Source of the DNA: a virus
DNA length: 64,000 nt
Direction: 5' to 3' (one strand)
Virus record (IMG/VR): IMGVR_UViG_3300027659_000027
Span: 12,025 to 76,024 of that record
Shown here: positions 19,001-28,764 of the stretch, one piece after another
How positions within the stretch are numbered: the first letter of the stretch is position 1
Layout: each line of letters opens with the position of its first letter
Notes under the pieces: generated by a model
The model's input: the letters and a program-made list of their open reading frames with translations, nothing else
Database searches by the model: none
Told to the model about the DNA's origin: nothing
Program-made: the position numbers and the translations under genes

Positions 19001-22000
19001 AAGTACTCCAATAGTTGCTGTGAGCTTGCTCTCTGCTCTGGCAAGTGTTAAGAAAAGCTGTGTACCTGAGAACATCTCCTTAAGGCTCTTGTCGTAATCT
19101 TCAGGGGAAAGTGCTATGTCATAGTTACCAGCCATTCTTGTGAATACTTCTTGAGCCTTTCCTGCGAACTCACCACTACGGAGTCCACGAGCATCTCTCA
19201 TAAGTTCTCCAAGCTCTGCGTTATAGCTTGCAACATCTGTCTCTCCTCCGTACACCAAGTCAATCACTGTAGACCAGATGTCTAATATGTTCATAGCTAC
19301 CATGATCTCCTGAGGAGTAGGGCTGTCTTTAGCGATAATGCTTTTGGCCCATGCCAATTGCTTAATGCCCACCTCTGATACAGCCTCAAGTTGGTTTTCA
19401 TGTAGCAACTTATTGATGTCCTCGCTAACTTCACGGCGTTTAGCCTTTATATTCTGGTACAATTTTTTGCCCTCATCTGTTGTAGTATTAACTCTGTTGG
19501 CAAGTGCATTAAGTTCTTTCTCTTGTACCTCAAGCTTATCTATTATCTTCTGCACGTCCGTCCTTACAGGAGCTGTTGGAGCAAGTCCGTGCTTAAAAGC
19601 TGACTTCATAACAATATGAGTTCCCTCACTGGAGATCTTCACTTCTTTGTTGTAAGACTCTTCCAGTACATCTTTGATGGTGTTGGCATACCTTTCGGTC
19701 TCGAACTCCAACGTAGTGTCCTGCTCTATTGCAGTCTGTACACGTACTGTTGTATCCCGGTTGCTGTTGAGAGTAGCAAGTTTCAAAGAGAGTGTGATAG
19801 CTTCTTTCAAGGCACTACCGTCACGAACCTCCACACCCAGTGTACGTGCAATGCTGTCAAGTACTGCAGTTAATGCATCCCATATTGCTTCCATAAGTGT
19901 GCGCTCACCTTTCACCTGTACAGTGTTAAGGAATGCAGCGACCTTCTTATTGGTAAGGCTATATGAGATCAGCTCGTCCACACTGGACAGGGCGTATAGA
20001 TTCAAATGGTCATCCGTAGTAATCTCATTGTTCGCAACGTCAGTCATGATCTTGGCAAAGGCTTCTTCCCCTTGCTCCAGGATAACACGAGCACGTAACT
20101 CCACCAGAGCCTGGTACCTTATAGAGTCAAGCTTACCAAGGATCTTTTCTACCTCCGGGTACTTGTTGTTGAACTCACCGATGCGGGCTATTACTGCGGC
20201 TTTCTGTGCAGCAGTAATGTTCCTGTATATAGCCGGGCTGAACCCAGACATCATTACTAATCCTCGGGTACGGTGGTGAAGCATTTCGTGTAGTAATGTC
20301 TCAGCGGCTGAGTTGCGATCACCGTTAGCCTTGTTGAGTGTAAGCCTGCTTTTGTTCAAGTCATAAGTACCATCCATATCTTTTGTTGCTTCGTATGCGA
20401 CCTCGAAGTTCTCCGGTGTTGCATCAGCAAATGTGGCTCTCAGGCCATCATAGGCGAAGTCAATTTCTGAAGTAGACCCAAGTACACGGGCAACTGTACG
20501 TAACGATTCAGGCATACGGTCATCATTTGCCACAGCGCTCAGCATCTGGTGGGCAACCTCTATTCCTCCACCCTCTTTAGGCATACCAAAGTTTTCGTAG
20601 GCGTTCTCTTTATTCTCCATACTTTCAGTAAGGTCGTTTACCTGCTGGGTAAGTGCGGCTATAGGGTTTGTTGGGGCTATCTTTACTGCTGCTGCCCTGT
20701 TCTCTTGAAATATAGATCTTGCTCCCGACACTGCACCGTTATACTCATCAGTATTCGTGTTACCGAGCGTGTCAATTCTCTTGTAAGTACCAAAGCCTGA
20801 TCTCTTGTACAGTATACGCTTACCATCTGCTGAGGAGTTGTAGGAAAGGTACATAGGGTATGCGTAATCTCCTTTAGAGTCTGCTATAACCATACGTTTA
20901 TGCTCAATATTCGAGGGGTACCCCTTAAAGTCGATAGGACTGAGTGAGAACACTTCGTCGAAAGTAACCGAGTCAGCGTGGAATACACTGTCATCAACCT
21001 GCATTGCACTATCCGGGAAATGCTGGAAGAACTGCTCCATGAAGGTAGACGAGTTACCGTATATGTTTATGTTTTCCTCAGCCACCCGAAGTTGCCTGGT
21101 GAACTCACTGTCTATCAGGTATGACAGTGGTATCTTCGACAGGAATGAACTTGCGTCCATGTTACCACTGGATAGGTAGGCGTATCGTATAAGGTCTTCA
21201 GCAAGTATCTTCACATCTCTGTCAGTTGAGCTGAGCATCTCCATGAAGGAAGACACGTTCATGTTCTCATCATAGGTCGCTGCTTTGGCAGAGTTGAACC
21301 CAACAAAGTCAGGACTCTGAGAGGTAAACCCAATCTGCGGATCCAACCTTTGCATGAAGTAACTGGTAGCACCCCACGTAAGCTTGGCCTGTGCAACTCT
21401 TTGCGCCAGTGATGGGCCATGTATGTTGTACATAAGCCTCAACCTCTCCCCTGAGGCGTCAGGCCACAGGGTATGAATGGAAGAGTATACGTAAGAGCGC
21501 ATAGACTTTATAACTTGCTTCTGCAAGTCTATCGGCAGCTGGGTCTTACCCGTCTCTGCGCGTAACCTATCGAACAGGGAGTTCTTTTCCTTGTTGGGTA
21601 CCAGAGACTGGTAAGGAAAGAATTGCCCTACCAGGTTTACTGCCGTGTACATCACCGTTGAGAAGGTCTTTGCCTGCTCAGTACCATTAGCAAGCTCTAC
21701 CTCACCAAGTATACCGGTCTCTATCTTATCGTTAAACAGGTTCTGGTACTTTGTAACTTTGTCGGCCGCAGCAAGGAATCCTGGCCCGGCGCCTTTGGTG
21801 TCCTGGTTGAAGATGGACTGCAGCTCGGTCATTCTCGTACCGGCGCGATCCAGCTTCTCGAATGTAAGCAGAATTGCCAGTTGCCCTTTGTCTGTGGGGC
21901 GGTTAACCTCAGCAAGTAAGCTTTCCGGTGTAAGCTTGAACTCACTCAATACTTTCTTGGTAACGTAATCCAGTTCGTCCTCATTGTAATCCCCTGCCTC

Positions 22001-25000
22001 TTCTCCGCTAAGTACCTTCATGATAAGGGGCCTTTTCAGTTTCTCGATCACTGACTTCTTCAGATCTGGCTCGAACACTTCGCTCAAGCTATCATTACCG
22101 TCAGCCATCAACCGGGAGAACTTGCGTATCACCGGGGATGTCAGCATTCTGGTAGCGTACCTTAAGTCTACGGCTTCTGGTTTGCCGTCACTACTCTCCA
22201 ACATCATCAGTGCTGCAACAGCCTTGTACGTGTCAGGGGTTAAGTTCAGGTTATCCAGTGATCTATCCTTGGCGTTATCCACTGCAGCTGACTGCAGGGT
22301 GGTAAGGTTATCATGCTTGGTACGTACTTCGTACTCTCCCTTGGAGTTCTTGTACAGGCTGGTGGCATACCCTGACAGTTTGTTCAGGTGGATAGGTGTA
22401 CCATCTTCTTTGTGTAACGTGATACTGAACGGCTTGTCCTTGGTGCCTACGAAGTTTCCTTCAGTATCATACACAGCCTCCTTGTTGCCCAGCTCCAATG
22501 CCTTATCCTGTATCACAGAGTTGAAGGTAACCGATAGCGAAGTAAGACCAACAAGCGTCTTAGCGTATTTACCACTCTGAAAGTCAGATAGTTGTGTGGT
22601 TACGTTGAAGTAGTTATTGAATCCTGACTCCTTAGGCTTCAGCAAAGTGTTCTCGTTCTTAATGTCCTTCTTGTCCAAAGGATTGAGTACCTTGTTGTAA
22701 ACATCCTTGTGGGTAAGTACCGCCCAATGTACATCAAAGTACTGACCCTTAAGCTGTGCGTCTGTAGGTTTTGGCAGCGCTGCCAGCTTGCTTAAACGCT
22801 CAGCATGAAAGGTGTCAATCTTACTTTCGAGCTCTGGTGTCTCCACCAAGTTAGCCGGTACATCCTCTATCGCTTCTATTCCATGAAGCTTTGCGAAAAA
22901 CTGCTTAATAGATGTCTCACGGGTGCGATCAGCATTGTCGGTAGGGGCACCCGTGAAGGTGTCCACTACGAACTTACCATCGACCATCTTGTACGGTCTC
23001 TTGTAAGTGTAAAGCTTATCCACGTCAAAGTCAGCTCCCATCTGCTTGGTTATAGCAGAAGGTACAATCATCAGGTCACCCATGCTTGCTGGCGTAAATC
23101 CGACGATCTCAATGGCGAGCATGGAGTTATGCCCCTGATTCGGGATACGGGCACCAACGAGCTGTAATAGCTCCACAGGTACCTTTTTCATGTCGAGTGT
23201 CTTACCGTCTTCCAGTAAGTAGTCTTTTATGTTCGCAGGAACCCATTTACCGGTCTCGTCCTGTATGGTGAATGTGAATGGCGCTATCACCTGAGCCGGG
23301 ATAACTGTACCGTCTTCGAGCACCTCCATTGTTTTCAGCGGAGTAGAGGCGTCATAACCATTGGCGTAGACTATACCACCACGCTCCTCCTCTGTAAGCT
23401 CCTGCATCTGCCTCATCTTATTTTTGCCTACATATCCAACACTTGCTGCCTGTACGTAACTCTTACCTGGCATCTTCACGTCTACGATGGTCTTGATCAT
23501 TGACATTAGTGTACTCTCAAACTTCTCGGCAGCCGAAGAAAACATCAAAGGTATCTCCAGTTCCCCTTTATCATTTCGATACACCAGTGCTGAGATCTCG
23601 TTCTCCGAGAACCCACGGTCGCGAGCCTCCTGTATAAGCCTCTCAAGTACTTTGGTCTTGTCAACAACCTCACCATCTTTGTAGTTCATCTCTTTGGCGA
23701 ACTTCTCGAAGTTTCGGTTGATGAGATCCATGCGGATACTCTCCTTATACTTTCTCAAGGCTGCAGCATTCATCATACGACCACCTACATTAAACTCAGC
23801 TCCGGGCAATGCTGCCAGGCTCTCTGTGATTAGCTTGTTCATCTGAGACAGGGTCTTGATAGCTTCCTTGGTCTCGTCGTAAGGTATCTCCTGCTGTATA
23901 CGCAGACCACCTCTGTCAAGTACATGAATGGAGTCTTTCCACTGCTTATCGTCGAAGTTTCCGCCAAGGTATTTACCCTCAGGGCTGAACAGTACCATCT
24001 GTGTGGTAGGGTTACCCAGCTTCTTGGATGACCCGTGAGGAGCTCTCGCTATACCATGCTTCTCCATATCTCTCCTCAGTCCATCTATCTCGAAGTTTTT
24101 AGTAAGCGGAGGATATAGTGGGTATGAAGACGACTTGATGTAGTCATGGAACTTTGTACCACGATCTTCGGGCCTCATAGCCACAAACACAGGCTTGGCC
24201 GGCTGCATGATAACAGCGATATGGTCTGCCTTCTCGAACTCATAGTACCCGTCAGGTTTCTTCTCACCCTCCTCAACAATCACCATCATCTCTTTGTACA
24301 AAGCCTCTTGTATCTTACCGCCTGCGAACAGCATCTTCAAGTGTTCACGAACTGTGGTTAACTCCTGAGCATCTGTGGCATCCACCTCTTTATAGGCTTT
24401 CTGCAGCTTACTGTTCTCGGTAAACCTGTCTATGTAATTCTCGTCAGTAACCACATCGGCTATAGTGATCGTGTTGTACTTAGTATCCTCCCAAGCCATG
24501 TCCTGACCGGGTGCTATGTCCTTTGCCAATCTCTTGGAGTACTCCTGATACGTGGCATTTACCAACGTCAGTGACTGTCCGGCTTTAAGTACTTTCTCTC
24601 CTTTGGTATTCTGCTCAAGCTGAGAGTCTTTGAACTTTGCTGCCTGAGCAGGGTCACCGTAGGCAAGCTGGGCCATAGAGGTATTAACCAGGAAGTAGTT
24701 TAGCGAAAGGTCTCTGGCGGCGGTCTTCACCACCATGTCGTATATTTCCCGCTTACCCATCTCCTCTCCATCAATTGTCCACTTTCCTTTGCTCTTCTTG
24801 ATATTGTTGTAGCTACTGTTCTCCATCAGCTTCTTCACATAACTGCTGTCAAAGCTGTATGTAGCTTTACTCTTGTTAGTTATGCCAGCATCCTCCCACT
24901 TAGCCACAGTGTCCATCGTCATCTCTTCAATGAAGTGATTGAGCATGGCAGATATAACCTTCTTTGCCTTATCGCCAATATCATTGGTGATCTCACGATT

Positions 25001-28000
25001 GTTACCTTCCCCTACCCACAATGTCGCTATATCCTTCTCAGTCATAGCTCTCGGGGCTCCAGTGTCACCGAAGTTCATCACTGTGCCGGCGTTCATGGTT
25101 TCCACCATAGCTTCGTAATTGAACTGAGGAAGGGTGAAGAATAGCTTCTTGCCTATGTTGTACTGACCATGGTCGAAGGTTACGTTCCAATGTTGGCGTA
25201 TCCTTTCCCACTCTGCGAGGAACACGTTCTCTACTGCCTCGAATGCATTATCGTTTAGAGTGCTTGCACCACCTGTTACAACCTTAGGGAAATTGGTGAA
25301 CACAGGGGTCATCGTTTTATCCGAGTGTGTCAGCGACATGTAGTGCGCTGTATCCTTATTACGATTCTGGAATAACCCGATAGCCATCAGCATCTGCTCT
25401 CTATCTGACATGGCTGTACGCACGATACCTTTGGTGGTACCTACACGCCTGAGACCATCCATCATCATCATCCCGGCTGCTTCCCGGTTACCTGCCTTCC
25501 ATGTGTTAAGCAGGAAGTTATTCTTGGCGAAGTGTACCTTGGACATCTCCTCGTACATAGCATCGAACTCAGTCTGCGTCTCGGGCAACAGCTCCTTCAT
25601 GCGAAGTGACAGTGCGTTGTTCAGTGAGTAGTCATATATGGTCTTGCCTTCTGAGTTCCTGTGTGAAGGTGATGTGAGTAGGTCTGTGTGAGCTGCTGCT
25701 ACACGAGCAAGTATTTTTACTGCAGTACCATCAGTGTACAGCGGGTTGCTGACAGTACCTGCACGTCTTTCACTTTCGTCGCCGATCATGCTTGTCTGCT
25801 GGTCGTAATTTTTATTCCATCCAGCTGCTTTCCAAACCATTGACGAGAACATACCAGTAGGTACTCCGTACTTATCAAAAGCAAACTGTCCGGCCATGGT
25901 TGCTGTTTGGTACCTGGTGTTCTTGGTACGCGTAGCTATATTGTCGAACAGATCTTCCAGCATTGCCGGTGTGAATTCTATTCCGTTCAGGGCCATGAAC
26001 TCAGCGACGAACACCTTCATGTGAGCCAGTGGATCCTTAGTGAAGGCCACAAAGTCTACGTTGGGGTCTGCTGCCTTAAGCTGCTCTGCCATCTCTGCAC
26101 CAAGAACGCCCAGCGCTTCTCTTGCATCGTTTATCTTCTCTTCGCTGTTGTTCTTGTTCCCCATGATGTCCACCAGTGTTGGGTACTTATTGAGCATCAT
26201 GTCAAAGACACGTACCCACGAGGCATACTTGCCTTGTACCTTCTCCACATCCATCACACGTTCACCACCTACCACTTTCATAATGGCGGAGTTCTTCTGC
26301 GCTTCCTGCCATCCCTTGATCATGTGTTGTACTTGCGAGCTCCGGTTGGCTTCAAAGGGGTTAAGTATCCACCTGAATGTACCATCATCCTGCTTGATAG
26401 AGTTGAAGGTCATCATCAGGAACTGCTGGTAGTGAGTGCTCATTACCTTCACGAACTCATTGCGTTGGCTCTGGTCTGCCTCCTTAAGCATTCTGGCTAC
26501 TGTCAGGTACATAGGATTGGTCTTGGCAGCTGTACGTAGCTTGGCATCGTATGATGCGAAATCACGCTTGCTATCAGCCAGCAGGCCCATCACCTTCTCA
26601 TAGGTGTCATCGAAGTTTAGCATCTTTGGGAACCCGAGGTGGTTGAGTACCTTGATGGGTACTTCCGAACCGGGCTCATAGCTTGTATCTTCTACGTTGG
26701 CCATGAATAGCTTAAGCTTCCACGAGGCTGTATCCCTCGGGTCAAGCTCAAACACCATGTCGTTATAATCTCTCAGAGCCGTGCCCTCCTCTAAGGAGAA
26801 CTCGTCCTCTGAATCATCTTTCATTTTCATGTCTACGCTGCCGTCTACAACCAGCAGGTCTTCGGTAAGTTGGGTGGTCACCTTACCGTCGATTATCCTC
26901 TTGGCAGCGTACTCCAGTCCTTTCAGGACGGCCTTGGTGTTCTTCACGCCTAAACCATAGCGCTCCAGGTTCTGGATAACAAGGCCGGCAATTGACTGCA
27001 CGCCCTTAGCCTGGTCAAAGGCAAAGCTGTTCAGCACTTCCATGATGGAGTCCGCCTGCTCTGTCTTTCCATCCGCACGGAACTTATCCGCCTGTACCTT
27101 CATCCTGTACATGGTTTGCTGGAACGCCTCACTGATCTTGGTACCGGGAAACTTGGTGACAATCTTGTACACGAACCACATGGCTGTGTCCACTGCAGCA
27201 ATCTGCTTCTCAGTGGTAAAGTTCCCAATCTGCTTACCCTCTGCGTTCATGATTGGTACGAAGAGCTGGTTGAGCTGCTGCTTCATAGCAGTACCGCGCA
27301 TGTTCTGCAGCATACGTGCAATCTGATCCTCAATGGTGAAATCCGCTGCATACCTTGACGGTTGTGCGTTGAAGGTCTCCAGAAAGGAATCAGAGAAGGT
27401 GATGTTTGGAGCGGACTCACCAACACTTTCGAACATAAGAGCCATCTCTATTGCTGTGTACCCGTTCTCGAACCGGTGCTTGTCGTTCAAGCTCTGGTAA
27501 GGTATGTGGTACTCGGTTGTAGGGTTGGCCTTGGCTTCAGCGATGAGGTCACGGATCTCTGCTTCCATCGACTCAGCGTCCATGCGAACACCTTTGCGGC
27601 TGCTCACTGACTCGCCAATAACACGTATCTCTTTGTGGAGGTATTCGGCTGGGGATGGTTCTGCCTCCTCTTTTTCCTTTTCAGCTTTTACTGTAACCCG
27701 TGGAGCATCCCCCGTATGGTATATCGTGAACGTAGCCCCTATTTCCACCAAATAGTCGATGAATTGACTATCCACATCGGGCATGTCGCCAACTACAAAC
27801 TTAACTCCCTCTTTGTAAAAACTCTCTATGACAGCCTTTGTGTCATCATGCAGAGGCTTCCCTTTGAGGCTCCCGTTTCTGGCGAGCATCATAACCTCTG
27901 GAGGTGCAGCTTCGTTTGAAACGCTGTACTTAGCTTTCCCCTCCTCATGAAGAGATGGGTATTCCCTTAGTGATGTCAGGCTGGAGCTTGGTGTTGTTTT

Positions 28001-28744
28001 ACTCAGCTCCACGATAGCCCCCTGAGCTACTCCTCGCATCGCCATATCTTTATGGTCTCCCGTTGGCGTTCCCTTTCCTGTATTTTTAAAGCCACCTTTG
28101 TACCCTAAGAAGCCGTATACCCCCACCTTTGGGGCTGATGCAGGTTTCTTATTCTTCTTGTTCTGCTCTGCCCAGTAAAGTTCTCCTTCAGTCCTGGGTC
28201 TGGTAGCCTCGTGCTCCTCGTTCTGCACAAGGGCCTTATCGAGTATAGCCTTACGTTGTACCTGTGAGCTGTTGTCAGCTCCTGTGTAAACATCCTTTCC
28301 TGTTGCCAGTGATATGATCCTGCTCTCAGCGGATATGACGTAGTCGGTACCGTTGTACTCCACAGTACTTAAGTTACCCTCTACTCTTACGTTCTTTGCA
28401 TCGGGAGTACCAGAGTAATTAGTTCCCTCCATGGTGATAAGCTGAGCTTTACCGGAAGGGTTAATGCCCTTGAGGATGTATCGTGTATCCTTGTACACAA
28501 TCAGCGCACCCGGTGTAAGGGTAAGGTTATCCTCAGATACCCGAGATTGTGGGGTTACGTTCTTTCCTCTCATCACTTGAGCCATAGTAGGCTCTCCGTT
28601 CACATCGAACTCGGTATACTCTGCCATGTGTGCAGTGGCGTAGTTCCACATCCTGGCCGTTACATCAGGGCCATACTGTTGCAGCAATGCTGCGGCTAAA
28701 AGGGACTTCTCGTTGTTAGGAGCAAGATAGTTACAAACTGCCAT
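16079..28744 (-). CDS. Giant virion-packaged DNA-dependent RNA polymerase (crAss-like) with zincin and accessory domains
   Basis: 'GARIPNQG' and the catalytic 'QMGADFDVDKLY' motif (about 23010-23150), zincin 'LLHEMLHH' (about 20272-20295) and N-terminal 'DVNGEP'. Lies after the cargo genes. Confidence 0.92.
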   Translation of the reverse strand: MAVCNYLAPNNEKSLLAAALLQQYGPDVTARMWNYATAHMAEYTEFDVNGEPTMAQVMRGKNVTPQSRVSEDNLTLTPGALIVYKDTRYILKGINPSGKAQLITMEGTNYSGTPDAKNVRVEGNLSTVEYNGTDYVISAESRIISLATGKDVYTGADNSSQVQRKAILDKALVQNEEHEATRPRTEGELYWAEQNKKNKKPASAPKVGVYGFLGYKGGFKNTGKGTPTGDHKDMAMRGVAQGAIVELSKTTPSSSLTSLREYPSLHEEGKAKYSVSNEAAPPEVMMLARNGSLKGKPLHDDTKAVIESFYKEGVKFVVGDMPDVDSQFIDYLVEIGATFTIYHTGDAPRVTVKAEKEKEEAEPSPAEYLHKEIRVIGESVSSRKGVRMDAESMEAEIRDLIAEAKANPTTEYHIPYQSLNDKHRFENGYTAIEMALMFESVGESAPNITFSDSFLETFNAQPSRYAADFTIEDQIARMLQNMRGTAMKQQLNQLFVPIMNAEGKQIGNFTTEKQIAAVDTAMWFVYKIVTKFPGTKISEAFQQTMYRMKVQADKFRADGKTEQADSIMEVLNSFAFDQAKGVQSIAGLVIQNLERYGLGVKNTKAVLKGLEYAAKRIIDGKVTTQLTEDLLVVDGSVDMKMKDDSEDEFSLEEGTALRDYNDMVFELDPRDTASWKLKLFMANVEDTSYEPGSEVPIKVLNHLGFPKMLNFDDTYEKVMGLLADSKRDFASYDAKLRTAAKTNPMYLTVARMLKEADQSQRNEFVKVMSTHYQQFLMMTFNSIKQDDGTFRWILNPFEANRSSQVQHMIKGWQEAQKNSAIMKVVGGERVMDVEKVQGKYASWVRVFDMMLNKYPTLVDIMGNKNNSEEKINDAREALGVLGAEMAEQLKAADPNVDFVAFTKDPLAHMKVFVAEFMALNGIEFTPAMLEDLFDNIATRTKNTRYQTATMAGQFAFDKYGVPTGMFSSMVWKAAGWNKNYDQQTSMIGDESERRAGTVSNPLYTDGTAVKILARVAAAHTDLLTSPSHRNSEGKTIYDYSLNNALSLRMKELLPETQTEFDAMYEEMSKVHFAKNNFLLNTWKAGNREAAGMMMMDGLRRVGTTKGIVRTAMSDREQMLMAIGLFQNRNKDTAHYMSLTHSDKTMTPVFTNFPKVVTGGASTLNDNAFEAVENVFLAEWERIRQHWNVTFDHGQYNIGKKLFFTLPQFNYEAMVETMNAGTVMNFGDTGAPRAMTEKDIATLWVGEGNNREITNDIGDKAKKVISAMLNHFIEEMTMDTVAKWEDAGITNKSKATYSFDSSYVKKLMENSSYNNIKKSKGKWTIDGEEMGKREIYDMVVKTAARDLSLNYFLVNTSMAQLAYGDPAQAAKFKDSQLEQNTKGEKVLKAGQSLTLVNATYQEYSKRLAKDIAPGQDMAWEDTKYNTITIADVVTDENYIDRFTENSKLQKAYKEVDATDAQELTTVREHLKMLFAGGKIQEALYKEMMVIVEEGEKKPDGYYEFEKADHIAVIMQPAKPVFVAMRPEDRGTKFHDYIKSSSYPLYPPLTKNFEIDGLRRDMEKHGIARAPHGSSKKLGNPTTQMVLFSPEGKYLGGNFDDKQWKDSIHVLDRGGLRIQQEIPYDETKEAIKTLSQMNKLITESLAALPGAEFNVGGRMMNAAALRKYKESIRMDLINRNFEKFAKEMNYKDGEVVDKTKVLERLIQEARDRGFSENEISALVYRNDKGELEIPLMFSSAAEKFESTLMSMIKTIVDVKMPGKSYVQAASVGYVGKNKMRQMQELTEEERGGIVYANGYDASTPLKTMEVLEDGTVIPAQVIAPFTFTIQDETGKWVPANIKDYLLEDGKTLDMKKVPVELLQLVGARIPNQGHNSMLAIEIVGFTPASMGDLMIVPSAITKQMGADFDVDKLYTYKRPYKMVDGKFVVDTFTGAPTDNADRTRETSIKQFFAKLHGIEAIEDVPANLVETPELESKIDTFHAERLSKLAALPKPTDAQLKGQYFDVHWAVLTHKDVYNKVLNPLDKKDIKNENTLLKPKESGFNNYFNVTTQLSDFQSGKYAKTLVGLTSLSVTFNSVIQDKALELGNKEAVYDTEGNFVGTKDKPFSITLHKEDGTPIHLNKLSGYATSLYKNSKGEYEVRTKHDNLTTLQSAAVDNAKDRSLDNLNLTPDTYKAVAALMMLESSDGKPEAVDLRYATRMLTSPVIRKFSRLMADGNDSLSEVFEPDLKKSVIEKLKRPLIMKVLSGEEAGDYNEDELDYVTKKVLSEFKLTPESLLAEVNRPTDKGQLAILLTFEKLDRAGTRMTELQSIFNQDTKGAGPGFLAAADKVTKYQNLFNDKIETGILGEVELANGTEQAKTFSTVMYTAVNLVGQFFPYQSLVPNKEKNSLFDRLRAETGKTQLPIDLQKQVIKSMRSYVYSSIHTLWPDASGERLRLMYNIHGPSLAQRVAQAKLTWGATSYFMQRLDPQIGFTSQSPDFVGFNSAKAATYDENMNVSSFMEMLSSTDRDVKILAEDLIRYAYLSSGNMDASSFLSKIPLSYLIDSEFTRQLRVAEENINIYGNSSTFMEQFFQHFPDSAMQVDDSVFHADSVTFDEVFSLSPIDFKGYPSNIEHKRMVIADSKGDYAYPMYLSYNSSADGKRILYKRSGFGTYKRIDTLGNTNTDEYNGAVSGARSIFQENRAAAVKIAPTNPIAALTQQVNDLTESMENKENAYENFGMPKEGGGIEVAHQMLSAVANDDRMPESLRTVARVLGSTSEIDFAYDGLRATFADATPENFEVAYEATKDMDGTYDLNKSRLTLNKANGDRNSAAETLLHEMLHHRTRGLVMMSGFSPAIYRNITAAQKAAVIARIGEFNNKYPEVEKILGKLDSIRYQALVELRARVILEQGEEAFAKIMTDVANNEITTDDHLNLYALSSVDELISYSLTNKKVAAFLNTVQVKGERTLMEAIWDALTAVLDSIARTLGVEVRDGSALKEAITLSLKLATLNSNRDTTVRVQTAIEQDTTLEFETERYANTIKDVLEESYNKEVKISSEGTHIVMKSAFKHGLAPTAPVRTDVQKIIDKLEVQEKELNALANRVNTTTDEGKKLYQNIKAKRREVSEDINKLLHENQLEAVSEVGIKQLAWAKSIIAKDSPTPQEIMVAMNILDIWSTVIDLVYGGETDVASYNAELGELMRDARGLRSGEFAGKAQEVFTRMAGNYDIALSPEDYDKSLKEMFSGTQLFLTLARAESKLTATIGVLGTIAAENSDGEIRKYATRLEALKTKMEELVGQRGLPGLYKEFMQENKDDTAHGFVQRYSPEWFSHINKLESTLEYRLEEAKGIKDPDKRREASAAVYARYWKALSTAAVFVDTRIFFDIETGEAMSGTTVDTEMAYLVQQVGSEEHAQELIEEAGEQYKKYLDAKEAAFLNFEANELTEEEKAAVVLTAEELLLAPQEQYDIRTTRENELLEKMIQAEKDKWDSYESPNLFFESKLANNSTSGFGSSRFTVKAPRLSNDAFYDAKHKAIMATANKDATVITKAAIFEEFIAIRDELLDGLPTHVTDKMDTSFLPSVTAEVTASLMGKIGQLKPKSLLNRGFMASTVSHYEKNYKTNKDEIPLAFINTGKSYNLKEEELLRRQEQVAGWSKNLLHTMEQFSRMAIRHKHMSKHLDTVNVGEALIKSINKARLEDPEKGPALTKTIEAIEFMKKSVFFGNDKQAQAVSNEAIYSSSRKEHKKLSNEIKDLIEEREKLWEKMKGGVEVMTIEEDDRLTKIEERIEEITASGRYFAGSKAADMLISFNQLRALAFNPFAAITNFTFGMISVMIHANGRMDYTNKTARQAMHEMRHAQHKWLTFGAFGQDKAAAKIFNLMLRMNLINEVQSSLHGESNIDTMKKKSIAKAVMPLNWQLSGDYFTKGMMMIAMMKHKMVKVTEDGVEKEISLWDAHNSEGDWNAERFGIDDTWQSEDADKQKSWVKFRTKTKAVSTLVFGNQDANSKLMARKNVMWRMIGQFRMSWLPEGIATRFQDKRFDVRLDRDVKGRYRTIADLGILNSGFVLIKQVLSALPGVSLDAFADVKDRKREPISDMDKENMRKNLSGIAFTIGFLTAILTMKALLSPDEEEKKRRRRAGLSSTPAELRMFVNLLTRNYQDLTLYASPDVFDTVLGNPVPCLTVVTDAFKLLKASAKLLGDDPKRYEKLWKRTAKLGPGLSNISKFDYMTSKDLMDIGH

Positions 28745-28764
28745 AGGATAGTGGGGTTATAGGG

